Shown: positions 16,920-27,450, numbered from the stretch's first letter. The stretch is DNA of 64,000 nt from an uncultured Gemmatimonadota bacterium (GCA_964626665.1 CAZVGK010000007.1:24505-88504); one strand, 5' to 3'. Made by a program: numbers and translations. Notes: generated by a model not told the origin, from the sequence alone.

Positions 16920-17490
16920 CAACCAGGAGACAGTTCACGGGGCGGCAAAGCCGCAAAGTTTAAAGAAAAAGACTCACCACGGATTTACACGGAATAACAC
17001 GGGAAGAGAATAGAGACTGCCGTCAGAATCGGGATTCTGACGGCTCAGGAATTTCCATTTTCTATTTTCTTGGATATAGGTTTGTTTCTGTGTCTTTCCG
17101 TGAGATTCCGTGGTGAGTTGTTATGATCTTCTTATCTATTCGAGTAGATTCGTTTATTCGTGTCATTCGTGTTCCTTCTTTAAGGAGTTGTGGGAGGCAT
17201 CTCCTGATGCCAATAAAAATGGTGCTGTCAGGAGTTATCTCCTGACAGCTCTTAAAAGGTCAGGAGACCTCTTCCACAAAAGAGGGATCTAACAGACCCC
17301 AATGCCGGATAGAGAGATTCCTACCGCACTTTAGTGCGGGCCTTAAGTCAATTACTAAATCCGAATGACGAAAAAGGCTTAAACCCAATAAACCTATGAG
17401 TAACGAGCTATGATTGCATTTTCCCCAGCAGCGGAATCCGTGTAATCCGTGGCTATTGTTTATCCGTGAGGTTCCGTGGTAAACTCTGCG
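16920..17490. repeat. intergenic hairpin/repeat mosaic (ccgtcagaatcgggattctgacgg 17019-17044; ggaggcatctcctgatgcc 17194-17213; gtgctgtcaggagttatctcctgacagc 17222-17249; 20-mer 17321-17340; 65-bp repeat 17398-17462 shared with 21990-22056)
   Basis: Modules match those at 420-870, 34836-34878, 57106-57134 and elsewhere. Confidence 0.85.
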
Positions 17491-17494
17491 TTCT

Positions 17495-18199
17495 TTGCGA
17501 CTTTGCGCTGCTATGGTGATCAGTGGTGAGATTTTACCTATGAGCTCCCCTAAGGTCGAGAAAATATACCAACTCCTCCAGGCTGAATACGGTTATCCCC
17601 GCCGGAAAGAGAGGAGAGATCCCCTGGCAGAGCTCATTGCCACCATCCTCTCTCAGAACACATCCGACCTCAATTCCCATCGTGCCTTTAGAAACCTCAC
17701 ACAGAGGTTCCCTACCTGGGAAGATACGCGCAAGGCTCCCCAGGAAGAGATAGCCGAGGCCATAAAGCTCGGTGGCCTCTCCCAACAGAAGGCCCAGAGG
17801 ATAAAGGACCTCTTGGAGGAAATCCATCTGCGAGAAGGGGAATCCAACCTTAGCTTCCTGGCTAAGATGGAGGCCGATGAGGTCCAGAGATACCTTTTAA
17901 AGTTCAAAGGGGTAGGGCCAAAGACTGTCGCCTGTGTGCTGTTGTTCTCCTTGGGAAGGCCATCTATGCCAGTGGATACCCATATTTTTAGGGTATCCAA
18001 GAGGATAGGCCTCGTCCCCCAGAAGGCTAATGTCGTTCAGGCTCAAGCCATCTTAGAGGCAATTACTCCCTCCCAACTCATCTACCCTCTACATTTAAGC
18101 CTTATCGAACATGGAAGGAGAGTCTGTAAAACCCGACAGCCCCTCTGTGCAGGATGCATCCTCAGGGCCGAGTGCGATTACCTAGAAAAAACGAATTAA
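17495..18199 (+). CDS. nth: endonuclease III-type DNA glycosylase/lyase (HhH-GPD with a C-terminal 4Fe-4S cysteine cluster)
   Basis: HhH motif (GVGPKT) and a cysteine cluster near the C-terminus (CKTRQPLCAGC...C). The start may be the internal M at 17543. Confidence 0.8.
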   Translation: MRLCAAMVISGEILPMSSPKVEKIYQLLQAEYGYPRRKERRDPLAELIATILSQNTSDLNSHRAFRNLTQRFPTWEDTRKAPQEEIAEAIKLGGLSQQKAQRIKDLLEEIHLREGESNLSFLAKMEADEVQRYLLKFKGVGPKTVACVLLFSLGRPSMPVDTHIFRVSKRIGLVPQKANVVQAQAILEAITPSQLIYPLHLSLIEHGRRVCKTRQPLCAGCILRAECDYLEKTN

Positions 18200-18381
18200 C
18201 TAAAAAAAAGACTTGACACTGAAGAATTGGTGTGTTAGTTATTAAAGAAATTTGAGGCCGTTTCCTTAGATGAAGGAAAATCATATCGTAAAAGGGGGTG
18301 ATAAAATAAAGATAGAGGCAGCCTAAGAAGCAGACGCTCTTTTGGTTTATGAAGGGACATTATTAAGAAGGAGGTAGGGAA

Positions 18382-19797
18382 GTGAAAAGAATCATATTTT
18401 TTCTGATGGTCTCCATTCTGGCCCTGGGCTTAACCCTTCCTGCCCTGGGGGTTGATCTCACCGGTAAGATAGGGGTAGGGGGATTGGTTTCCCCGGTAAA
18501 GCCCGTGTTGAGCGATCACTCGGATATCTGGGCCGTTGGAGGACAAGGGAAACTACTGGTCAAGTATGGGATCAACAAGAACTTTGCTGTTGGATTAAGT
18601 GCTGGATTTGCCAGGGTCTGGAACGACACTACCACTGGCAGTGATGGGGTTGGCTTCACCTTCCCCAGCCCAAGTGATAAGGCTTCCTTAGTCTGGGATC
18701 TCATTCCTGTAGGGGTAAATGGCTATTACAGCATCATCCCTGACAACCCCAAATTAAACCCTTATGTAACCTTGGGATTAGAGGCCAACATCTGGAAGGT
18801 AACCGATTATAGCACAGGCAATGATGTCCCTATCCTTGACAAGGATGATAATCTCAGGCCGGACTTCAAGGCCACAGAGGTTACCGTTGGGGTCGGTGGT
18901 GGCTTGGAATATTTCGTCAAGGAGAACATAGGGATAAACGGTGGGGTCAAGTTTAACTTCCTCACCGGTTTAGGGGCTGACCTCAGCACTAACACAGATC
19001 TGGTAGACAGAAGCAGGGGCATTGTAGAGGGATTTGCTGGAGTAACCTACTACATCGAGATAAAAAAAGACTCGGATGGAGATGGCATAAAAGACGACCT
19101 TGATGCTTGCCCACTGCAACCTGAGGATTTCGATGGCTTTGAGGACGATGATGGCTGCCCTGACCCCGATAATGACAACGATGGCATCCCGGATATCTCC
19201 GACAAATGTCCCAACGAGCCTGAGGATTTAGACGGTTACCAGGATGATGACGGCTGCCCAGACCCAGATAATGACAATGACGGGGTCTTGGATGTGGAGG
19301 ATAACTGCCCCAATGAGGCAGGACCCGCCTCCAACCATGGCTGCCCCATTGTCGATTCCGACAAGGATGGGGTATTGGATCCAGATGACCGCTGCCCCAA
19401 CACCCCTATGAGGGTGAAAGTAGACAGGTATGGATGCCCCACCGCGGCCAAGATAGTGGGGAAGTTGGTCTTGGAGGGTGTGAATTTTGCCTCTGGGAAA
19501 ACAAAATTTACTCCTAGTTCAGAGGCCAAATTGGATGAACTGTACAAATCCCTGAAGGCCTATCCTGACTTAAGGGTAGAGATCCAGGGATATACGGATA
19601 GTTGGGGCAGAGCCAAGGCCAACAAGGCCCTTTCTGAGAAGAGGGCAAAGGCAGTGATGAACTACTTGATTAACAAGGGGATAGCCTCCTACAGGCTAAA
19701 AGCTGTAGGTTATGGGGAGGTCAATCCCATTGCCAGCAACAAGACCAAAGCTGGCCGTGCCAAAAATAGAAGGATCGAGATCCTTCCCCTGAAGTAG
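18382..19797 (+). CDS. OmpA-family outer-membrane protein with thrombospondin type-3 (TSP3) Ca-binding repeats
   Basis: GTG start with a GGAGG RBS. Signal peptide, N-terminal barrel, DxDxDGxxDxxD repeats, and a C-terminal OmpA domain. Confidence 0.85.
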   Translation: MKRIIFFLMVSILALGLTLPALGVDLTGKIGVGGLVSPVKPVLSDHSDIWAVGGQGKLLVKYGINKNFAVGLSAGFARVWNDTTTGSDGVGFTFPSPSDKASLVWDLIPVGVNGYYSIIPDNPKLNPYVTLGLEANIWKVTDYSTGNDVPILDKDDNLRPDFKATEVTVGVGGGLEYFVKENIGINGGVKFNFLTGLGADLSTNTDLVDRSRGIVEGFAGVTYYIEIKKDSDGDGIKDDLDACPLQPEDFDGFEDDDGCPDPDNDNDGIPDISDKCPNEPEDLDGYQDDDGCPDPDNDNDGVLDVEDNCPNEAGPASNHGCPIVDSDKDGVLDPDDRCPNTPMRVKVDRYGCPTAAKIVGKLVLEGVNFASGKTKFTPSSEAKLDELYKSLKAYPDLRVEIQGYTDSWGRAKANKALSEKRAKAVMNYLINKGIASYRLKAVGYGEVNPIASNKTKAGRAKNRRIEILPLK

Positions 19798-19799
19798 TA

Positions 19800-20030
19800 A
19801 CTCTTTGGGTAGAAGGGGGTGTCGTCTTCTTTAGCGATGCCCCCTTCTGTTATTGGTTAGACTCCGATTTTCATTTCGGGAATTGACTGAGCGGTCAAAT
19901 GTCCTCATCTGACCGTCCCTCCGTCAAGCCGTCAGGTGCCTTCACCTGAAGGCGATAGAGAAAGGTGGTAGAATTGGGGTTCTGCCACCTCGCTTTTGGT
20001 TTACTTTGAGTTTAAATAACAAAGAAAGAG
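19800..20030. repeat. composite hairpin element (gaaggggg..cccccttc 19826-19858; tgagcggtcaaatgtcctcatctgaccg 19888-19914; caggtgccttcacctg; ggtggtagaattggggttctgccacc 19965-19989)
   Basis: The same three-hairpin composite recurs at 36368-36434 and 60606-60706. Confidence 0.8.
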
Positions 20031-20037
20031 AGGGGGA

Positions 20038-20904
20038 ATGAGGAAGCTCGCACTCTTTCTACCTGTGATATTGGCTTTTCTAGGATGTGGTAAGGGGCCG
20101 ACAGGGCCACGAGGACCAGCGGGAGCAGAAAGAATCTATGTCCTTGGTCAGGTTGACAGCAAAAGCCAGGCTTGGGTGACGGTTTACTTCCCACCAGTTA
20201 TTCCCTGGGTCACGATAAATCAAGATACACTGAGTATGTGGGAGGACAGAATTGATCCAACCTATGATTATTACGGAACAGTTTTCATCGCGGATTCTGT
20301 GTCAGTAAGTGCAGGAGATTTAGCCAATCTTAAAGTAGATTACACCGAGGGTATTGCCATTGCCTCTGCTGGGGTACCAGGTAACTTTGATATCATTTCC
20401 CCCGATACATCACAGACAGCCCAGATTCCTGTGAATAGTTCTTTTACCGTTACCTGGTCTACCTCAAGTCACGCTGACTTCTATCCTGTCTATTTCCATC
20501 TTAACTATAGCTACTATGACACTTCAGGAAACTACGGATACTTCAATCTCTATGTGGACACTTCTATAACCTCCACTTCTATAACCTTCCCCGCTAGTAG
20601 ACTCTTCCCAGGCGATATTGATTCAATAAGGTATAGCGGGGGATATTTTGGTGTTTCCGCAATGAGTGGCCCAGAGGTAAAACCTGGTGCCCGTGGAAAT
20701 GTGACCGGCGATGGGAGCGGGTTCTTCTGGGGTAGGAATTATGGGGTAGAGATATATGTTGCAGTTCAGGGAACGAAGACGAAAGCTGCCAAGAAGCCAC
20801 CTAAAGAAGAGTTGACAAACAAGCTTTTTGAGAAGATAAGGGAGATGGATCCCAATTATCAGTTGTTGAAGGAGAGATGGTTGAGCAAAGGGTATAAAAA
20901 CTGA
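20038..20904 (+). CDS. hypothetical lipoprotein
   Basis: Signal peptide with lipobox LGCG. 288 aa. Confidence 0.6.
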   Translation: MRKLALFLPVILAFLGCGKGPTGPRGPAGAERIYVLGQVDSKSQAWVTVYFPPVIPWVTINQDTLSMWEDRIDPTYDYYGTVFIADSVSVSAGDLANLKVDYTEGIAIASAGVPGNFDIISPDTSQTAQIPVNSSFTVTWSTSSHADFYPVYFHLNYSYYDTSGNYGYFNLYVDTSITSTSITFPASRLFPGDIDSIRYSGGYFGVSAMSGPEVKPGARGNVTGDGSGFFWGRNYGVEIYVAVQGTKTKAAKKPPKEELTNKLFEKIREMDPNYQLLKERWLSKGYKN

Positions 20905-20983
20905 AAGCAGGTGGTTCATATCAATTCGTTGACATGCATGGTCTTTTAAGGATTGGTAAGCAAAAGGGTAAACAAAAGGAGAA

Positions 20984-21628
20984 ATGATGAAAAAGGCATT
21001 ATTTTTCTTAGTAGTGGCCTCCTGCCTTAGTTGGACTGTCGCTTTTGGTGGTGGCCTCGGAGTGGGGTTAGGTGTTGGAACTACAGCTTTTTTGGGTGAG
21101 GACGACTTAATGCTCCCCAAGACGGTTTCTGGGATGTTGTCAATGGATTTAAGTGACAATGTGATGGTGAGAGGCTCCATAGGGTTTGCCTATACCAGTA
21201 TGCACGAGGAAAGAACTCCCGTGACAGGGACAAAATCTACAGAGGACAATAGGTTAATCGGATTCCCCATAGAGTTGGAGTTTTTACCATTTTTTACCAG
21301 GGATGAGGGGAGGGTCAGAATATACCCAGGAGCCGGTTTTGGTTTCTACCATTACAGTTACAAACATAAGACAAAATATGGGAATACTTCCACGGAGCCT
21401 CCAACAGAGCATTACTCCGGTTTTGGCCAGTTTTTCGTGCTGGGAATAGAAGCTCAGTTGACCGAGAATCTGAGCCTTTTTTCGGAATGGTCTAAAATGA
21501 CCTTTGCCGTGATGAAACATTCATATGAACAAACTGACTATCTTGGCAATAAAATTGCTAAGGTGAAGGAAGATGTGATCCCTTTCAAGTATGGGATCCG
21601 CTTTGGGGTTAGAATGTCCCTCTTCTAA
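20984..21628 (+). CDS. small outer-membrane beta-barrel protein (ends in Phe)
   Basis: Signal peptide, alternating hydrophobic strands, C-terminal F. Confidence 0.6.
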   Translation: MMKKALFFLVVASCLSWTVAFGGGLGVGLGVGTTAFLGEDDLMLPKTVSGMLSMDLSDNVMVRGSIGFAYTSMHEERTPVTGTKSTEDNRLIGFPIELEFLPFFTRDEGRVRIYPGAGFGFYHYSYKHKTKYGNTSTEPPTEHYSGFGQFFVLGIEAQLTENLSLFSEWSKMTFAVMKHSYEQTDYLGNKIAKVKEDVIPFKYGIRFGVRMSLF

Positions 21629-21829
21629 AGGCGGACCGGCAATTTATAACGATAAAAGGCCAGCCAGAAGGTAGTTCCTGGTTGGCCTTTTGATAACGGA
21701 TCCATCCAAATTACTGCGAAAATTCGAAAAATCTCACTAAAGGATTTGTCTCTCTCTGCCGATATAGAAATAGAAGGGCATTCCAACCAGGATGACGTGC
21801 TAAAAAAGAATGAGACTTCAAAAGATTAT

Positions 21830-22095
21830 TAGATGACAGAAGAGGGCTTCTGCCACTCCCTGGGGAGCCTTCAACCACCCGTCCCGAACCGGAGCGGGTC
21901 GGGGAAGCTGGGTAGATGGGTTCTACCACACTTTAGTGTGGGTCTTCTATCCATGTCCGCTGAAGGGGCTTAAGCCCCGGGAACCCAACGAGTAACGAGC
22001 TACGATTGTAGTTTTTCCCATCAGTGAAATCCGTGTGATCTGTGGCTGTGCTTGGTTGCGGCCTTGTTGCACTGAGAATCCCTGGAAGAAAGGAC
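21830..22095. repeat. intergenic repeat cluster (20-mer variant ctaccacactttagtgtggg 21923-21942; 65-bp repeat 21990-22056; aatccgtgtgatctgtggctgtg..gttgcggccttgttgc 22035-22082, shared with 17437-17470 and 26597-26645)
   Basis: Direct sequence matches to the other regions listed. Confidence 0.8.
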
Positions 22096-22100
22096 ATCCT

Positions 22101-24140
22101 GTGGCTTTAAAAATTAAAGAATGGAAGGTTTTCCTCAAAACCGGTTTATTATTTCTTCTTCTCCTCCAGGTCTTCACCGCTTGTTCGGTGAAGAAGCCGG
22201 AGTCCCCTTCCTGGGATATAAATGTTATCCTCCCCCTGATGAACAAAACCTACAAGATGCCCAAGATAGCCGGAGATGAGGACTACCTCTCCATTATTGG
22301 CGATAGCCTCTTTTTCTCCCTGAGGGATACCCTGTCTGGCTTTAGGGTGGATGATAACCTCACGATCGATCCCACCACCAAGGGGTATCGTAAGGAGTTG
22401 GGATCTATAAAAGTCAGTGGAGCCCAGGCCGATACGGTAAATGTTAGACTGACGGAGGTCAATCCTTCCTTGGGTCAGTTTCAGGGGATGAGTATCCCTA
22501 TAGATCCCTTCACTTTTCCACCTTTGGAGAAGAAGAGCAGGTTCAGCACCTTCGATTATGTAACAGTGGACAGCGGATACTTTAGGGTAAATCTAATCAA
22601 CCACTTCCCCTTTCCCCTGGAGAATATGGTAATCTCTGTTACCGATAGCACCAGTGGAATAACCGTTGGAGAGTTGAACTTCGCTGGCCTTATCGACCCA
22701 GAGGAGGAAGCTATTGACTCCCTTGATTTGGAGGGCCAAACCATCCATTCCATCCAGATCCTGGGTATCTCCGGGCGAACACCCGGAACCAATGGAGAAT
22801 CTGTCCATATCGACACCCTCACCCAGATGATCGACCTCATGCCCAGCATCTCCAACCTTAAGGTGAGCGAGGCGCAAGCCCAGATCCCCCCTCAGATGAT
22901 AACCAAGGTCGATTCAATCGAAGTAGAGAGCGACAATCTCATCCAGGAGGCGGTGATAGAGGAAGGGAACATCCACTTTAACTTATTGAGTGAACTCAAA
23001 CTGAGTGGCAAGGCAACACTTACCCTTTTGGACTTTAGTAAAGAGGGCTCTACTTTTTCCGACTCCCAGGGGATAGAAGAGTATGGTAGCATCTCGAGGG
23101 ATATCTCCCTGGATAAGTGTATTTTTCGCCCCATCAGCTTGGATAAACCTCAGTTTATCCGTTTTAGGGTAGAGGTGAAAACAGACGATACAGGAGATGA
23201 GAAGGTTTATGTCTCCAGTTCACAGACAATCAGGGGTAATGTAGAGAGTAGTCGGATAATTTTCTCCCGCTTTGCTGGGGTCCTGGAGCCAACCAGGATA
23301 AGAATGGAACCTGAGGAGCTGTTGCTTGACCTGCCCAAAGGCTTGAAGGCGATTTCCCTCTCCACCGTCAGGATGGATCTGGAGGTGAGAAACGGAGTCA
23401 ACTTTCCTTTGGAACTCGATTCCCTATGTTTACAGGGATATGACCAGGAAGGCCTCCCCTTAGAGGAGCTAACTATACCGCCGGGCCAGGAGTATGTCCC
23501 TCCTGAGGCAGAAAAAACCATCCCGTTCACTAGGGATAACAGCAACATAGTCCCTTTTGCCAACTCCCTGCCCAGGAGGATCGAAACCCAGGGTAGCATT
23601 GTGGTAGGGGGTAGGGGATACAATGGTGATGCCGAGAGCTCTGATACAGTCCTCATCAGCTACCACATTTGGTCTCCGCTGGAGCTCATCCTTTGGCCCC
23701 AAACCATAGAGGGAGGCACCACCAGGGTAGAGATCGGGGAGGATACCAGGGATTTTGTTAAGAACCGTCTCCAATCGGGGGCAATCATCTCCGAGGTAAT
23801 GAATCATCTCCCCTTAGGGGCCTCAGTTACTTACTACTTCGATCCTGACTCCACCAATCTGGACAGCGGGGCTTCCCTTATTATCCCAACCCCCCCAGAC
23901 AGCCTTGAGCTAAAACCAGGCCATACCGATGCATCTGGGATAGTTGATCGGGCCGTAAAAAGCAAGCTCTCCATCCACCTCAGCCATCAGGACCTCCAGG
24001 TCTTTCAGGATTCACTTCTCTTCCTGCGCACCAAGATAGGGATCCCCGGCACCCAGGGAAAGTCGATAAAGATCTGCCCCGGAGATTACCTGCGGATAAC
24101 CGCCAGGCTGGAGGTAGGAGCCAGACTGGGGAAGGATTAG
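22101..24140 (+). CDS. large hypothetical lipoprotein (~680 aa)
   Basis: GTG start with a basic N-region, a hydrophobic core and ..FTACS. The upstream part of the listed ORF overlaps repeat DNA and is likely not translated. Confidence 0.55.
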   Translation: MALKIKEWKVFLKTGLLFLLLLQVFTACSVKKPESPSWDINVILPLMNKTYKMPKIAGDEDYLSIIGDSLFFSLRDTLSGFRVDDNLTIDPTTKGYRKELGSIKVSGAQADTVNVRLTEVNPSLGQFQGMSIPIDPFTFPPLEKKSRFSTFDYVTVDSGYFRVNLINHFPFPLENMVISVTDSTSGITVGELNFAGLIDPEEEAIDSLDLEGQTIHSIQILGISGRTPGTNGESVHIDTLTQMIDLMPSISNLKVSEAQAQIPPQMITKVDSIEVESDNLIQEAVIEEGNIHFNLLSELKLSGKATLTLLDFSKEGSTFSDSQGIEEYGSISRDISLDKCIFRPISLDKPQFIRFRVEVKTDDTGDEKVYVSSSQTIRGNVESSRIIFSRFAGVLEPTRIRMEPEELLLDLPKGLKAISLSTVRMDLEVRNGVNFPLELDSLCLQGYDQEGLPLEELTIPPGQEYVPPEAEKTIPFTRDNSNIVPFANSLPRRIETQGSIVVGGRGYNGDAESSDTVLISYHIWSPLELILWPQTIEGGTTRVEIGEDTRDFVKNRLQSGAIISEVMNHLPLGASVTYYFDPDSTNLDSGASLIIPTPPDSLELKPGHTDASGIVDRAVKSKLSIHLSHQDLQVFQDSLLFLRTKIGIPGTQGKSIKICPGDYLRITARLEVGARLGKD

Positions 24141-24144
24141 CGCT

Positions 24145-26148
24145 ATGATAAAGAAGATAATCCTATTTTCCCTGCTTTTTTTCTCCTTAACCTGTGGTAA
24201 GGCCTGGTCATTCCTGGGATTTCAGGCCAGAAGCTTAGGGATGGCCGGGGCTTACTCGGCCATAGCCAGAGGGGAGGAGTCGGTCTACTTTAACCCTGCC
24301 AACCTGGGTCTCTCAGATGGCCCCAGCTTCTCCCTTTCCTTTCCCTCCTTTGGCCTTGGCCTGGGAAACAACAGCTTTACCCTCTCCGATTACAACCGCT
24401 ACAACGGCAGCTACCTCTCGGATGGGAACAAGAGGACCATCTTACGCAAGATACCCTCAGCGGGCCTCTCTCTGGATAGCGGAACCGAAATCGGGCTTCT
24501 TGGCCTCTCCTACAAAAACTATGCATTCTTCATTCAAGGCTCAGGGGCAACCTATATCACCCTACCTCGTGACCCCTTTGAACTTATCCTCTACGGGAAC
24601 GAACTGAACAGGTCATACGAGATCGGCGATGTCGATGGGGAGGCCTTGGCCCAAGCAACCGCAGGTTTCTCTGCGGCTAAACGAATTAACCTTAAGGGGT
24701 TTAACGAATTCAGCGTAGGGGCGAGTCTGAAGTATCTCAGGGGACTATACTATGCAGAGGTGACCAGGTCAGGGGGGAGCATATTGACCACGGAGAGCTC
24801 GATTGAGGGGGAGGGGGAGATAGTCTATCGTCACGCTCAGGGCGGACAGGGGTTTGGTCTGGATTTTGGCGCTGCCGGCTCCTTCGGCAGGGGCTGGACA
24901 GTAGGACTAACCCTCTTCAACCCCTGGGGGTCCATCAAATGGAGCAGAGAAACCGAGGAGGGTTTTTTCACCTTTAAGGCTGAATCCTTAACCGTCAGCT
25001 CAACCAATAAGGATACCCTGGTGACTTCAGATGATTCCAGCTATGAGATCGGTTCCTTCAGATTACATCTCCCCTCTTACCTGAAAATGGGGGTTTCTCG
25101 CCGTTTTCGCAAGTTCCTCCTTGGCTTTGACTACGAGCAGGGGTTTAGAAACACAGCGGGAGTAAGCACCACACCAAGGCTGGCGGCTGGGGTCGAATAT
25201 AACCTCTTGAAGTGGCTGCCCCTAAGGGGAGGTCTGGCCATAGGGGGGAGGGAGGGATTCAACAGCGCGCTTGGTCTGGGCCTCCATTTAGGAAGCTTCC
25301 AGTTGGATGTCTCCACATCCAGCAGAGGACTGGTCTTTACCCCCTGGAGTAAAGGGATTGGCTTAGCTGCCTCCTTTGGCCTCAGATTTGGCAAAACTCC
25401 CCAGGCCATCACTGATCAGGACAAGGATGGCATCCCAGATAACCTTGACCTCTGTCCACTCCAGCCTGAAGATCTCGATGATTTTGAGGATACCGACGGA
25501 TGTCCAGACCCAGATAACGATAAAGATGGCATCCCTGACATCTCCGACAAATGCCCCAACGAGCCTGAGGACATCGATGGCTACCAGGATACCAACGGTT
25601 GCCCCGACCCGGATAACGACCGGGATGGGGTCTTAGATGTGCAGGACAATTGTTCCAATGAAGCAGGCCCAGCCTCCCATCAGGGCTGCCCTATACCTGC
25701 GGATTCTGATAGTGACGGAGTGCTGGACCCTGATGACCACTGCCCCCACACCCCAATGGGGGTGAAGGTAGACAGGTATGGATGCCCCACTGCAGGCAAG
25801 ATCGTGGGGAAGATGGTGCTGGAAGGAGTGAATTTTGCCTCTGGGAAGGCTAAATTTGCCCCTGGCTCAGAGACCAAGTTGGATGAACTATATGAGTCTC
25901 TGAGAGCCTATCCTGAGATAAGGATAGAGATCCAGGGATATACGGACAGTCGGGGGAGAGCCGAGGCCAACAAGACCCTTTCCCAGAAGAGGGCAGAGGC
26001 AGTGATGAACTATCTGATTAACAAAGGGATAGCCTCTTACAGGCTCAAGGCTGTAGGTTATGGGGAGGCCAACCCCATTGCCAGCAACAAGACCAAAGCT
26101 GGCCGTGCCACAAACAGGAGAGTAGAGATCCAGGTATTCCAACAATAG
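24145..26148 (+). CDS. OmpA-family outer-membrane protein with TSP3 repeats (paralog of 18382-19797, with a larger N-terminal barrel)
   Basis: Signal peptide. The C-terminal ~240 aa (TSP3 + OmpA module) are nearly identical to the gene at 18382. Confidence 0.85.
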   Translation: MIKKIILFSLLFFSLTCGKAWSFLGFQARSLGMAGAYSAIARGEESVYFNPANLGLSDGPSFSLSFPSFGLGLGNNSFTLSDYNRYNGSYLSDGNKRTILRKIPSAGLSLDSGTEIGLLGLSYKNYAFFIQGSGATYITLPRDPFELILYGNELNRSYEIGDVDGEALAQATAGFSAAKRINLKGFNEFSVGASLKYLRGLYYAEVTRSGGSILTTESSIEGEGEIVYRHAQGGQGFGLDFGAAGSFGRGWTVGLTLFNPWGSIKWSRETEEGFFTFKAESLTVSSTNKDTLVTSDDSSYEIGSFRLHLPSYLKMGVSRRFRKFLLGFDYEQGFRNTAGVSTTPRLAAGVEYNLLKWLPLRGGLAIGGREGFNSALGLGLHLGSFQLDVSTSSRGLVFTPWSKGIGLAASFGLRFGKTPQAITDQDKDGIPDNLDLCPLQPEDLDDFEDTDGCPDPDNDKDGIPDISDKCPNEPEDIDGYQDTNGCPDPDNDRDGVLDVQDNCSNEAGPASHQGCPIPADSDSDGVLDPDDHCPHTPMGVKVDRYGCPTAGKIVGKMVLEGVNFASGKAKFAPGSETKLDELYESLRAYPEIRIEIQGYTDSRGRAEANKTLSQKRAEAVMNYLINKGIASYRLKAVGYGEANPIASNKTKAGRATNRRVEIQVFQQ

Positions 26149-26149
26149 A

Positions 26150-27160
26150 AGATCTAGCGCAGCTTCGCCTCAAACCGACGAGGCGGGAAGCCTGCCCCGT
26201 GGGTAGTTTCACACCCTACGGGGCAAGTAAGGAAATCCTAAATCCGAATATCGAAATCCGAGACAAATCCCAATTCACCCCGTTAGATAGACAATTCTTT
26301 ATCTAACGGGGTGAACCAAATTCCAAATTCTCTAAACTAAGAACCCTTTGCCAAAAGCAGGTTTGCCTCAGGCTGCTTTCCACATTTGAATTTCGATGTT
26401 GCTCGCCCCGTTAAGTAGCTGGTTTTTCATTAGAACTCCTTGTGGTGAAAATTAGCAAAACCAGGGGAATCACTTACTGACGCATAAATAGATACTTAAC
26501 GGGGTAAAAATTTCGTGCTTCGAATTTAAAGGCAGCAGGGTTTATTGTTCAGCCCAAAACCTGACACAAATTTTAAGATCTTGCCTTATGAAGCCAGCTA
26601 GACATAGCGCAACAAGGCCGCAACCAAACAACAGCCACGGATTACACGGATAGAACATTCACCCTGCACTTATATTAAGTGCAGGGCAGGTGACACGAAT
26701 GGATGAATCTACACTAATAGATAGTTGTATAAATGCACCCCCTACATTTCTACCCGGCTTTAGCCCATTTGGAATGCTGTGACCGTGTCACAGCATGCGT
26801 CAACAGGGTTGACGCACTCTATATAAGGGCCTAAAGGCCCTGAACCCGCACTAAAGTGCGGTAGAAGTCTTCTACTCATCACAACCTGATAAACCTTGTC
26901 AAAAAAACAAGATCTTGCAAGATTGCAGTACAGCGGAGTAAGCAATCGGCTACGCGACTTATCAGGTGGTCATTCAGGACTTAAATTAGGTAGACCCTCC
27001 CCTTGGTATAATTAGGACGCAGATTTTCGCCGATAACCGCAGAAAATTAAAATCTTGACAATCTGCGTTCACCCCGTTAGATAAGATGTTAAAACTCATT
27101 AAATTTGATAAAAGACCTAATCTAATTATCTAACGGGGTTTATCTGCGTCCAAAAAAGGA
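26150..27160. repeat. 1-kb non-coding repeat mosaic: 14-bp-stem hairpin caccccgttagata..tatctaacggggtg 26275-26315; ggtggcagaa-family partial; caagatcttg element 26903-26930; hairpins 26775-26825; 20-mer 26845-26867; caccccgttagataa/ttatctaacgggg inverted repeat 27072-27150
   Basis: Read directly, with matches to other intergenic regions. Confidence 0.8.
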
Positions 27161-27165
27161 ATTTC

Positions 27166-27450
27166 CTATGCTTTCCAGTTACGCGCCCCATGCACGACTC
27201 CAGTAATCCAGACTTCATTGCCTTCAAGCCGATACATAATACGATAGGGTCTGTAAATGATTTCTCGGCAGGATTGATTGCCAATTTCAGGTATTACACG
27301 TCCAGAGAAGGGAAATTCCTGCAAACGATCCGTAACTTCCAATAACCGAGCTACAAAAAGAGTCGCTTGGTCAACAGAATCTCTCGCGATATATTCCGCG
27401 ATAGAATTGACATCATCTAATGCAGATGGTGCCCAAATTACTTTGCCCAT
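27166..27450 (-). CDS. parE: type II toxin, ParE/RelE family
   Basis: 94 aa with a typical ParE C-terminus (..EVWITGVVHGARNW). It overlaps the upstream antitoxin by 13 nt. Confidence 0.75.
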   Translation of the reverse strand: MGKVIWAPSALDDVNSIAEYIARDSVDQATLFVARLLEVTDRLQEFPFSGRVIPEIGNQSCREIIYRPYRIMYRLEGNEVWITGVVHGARNWKA

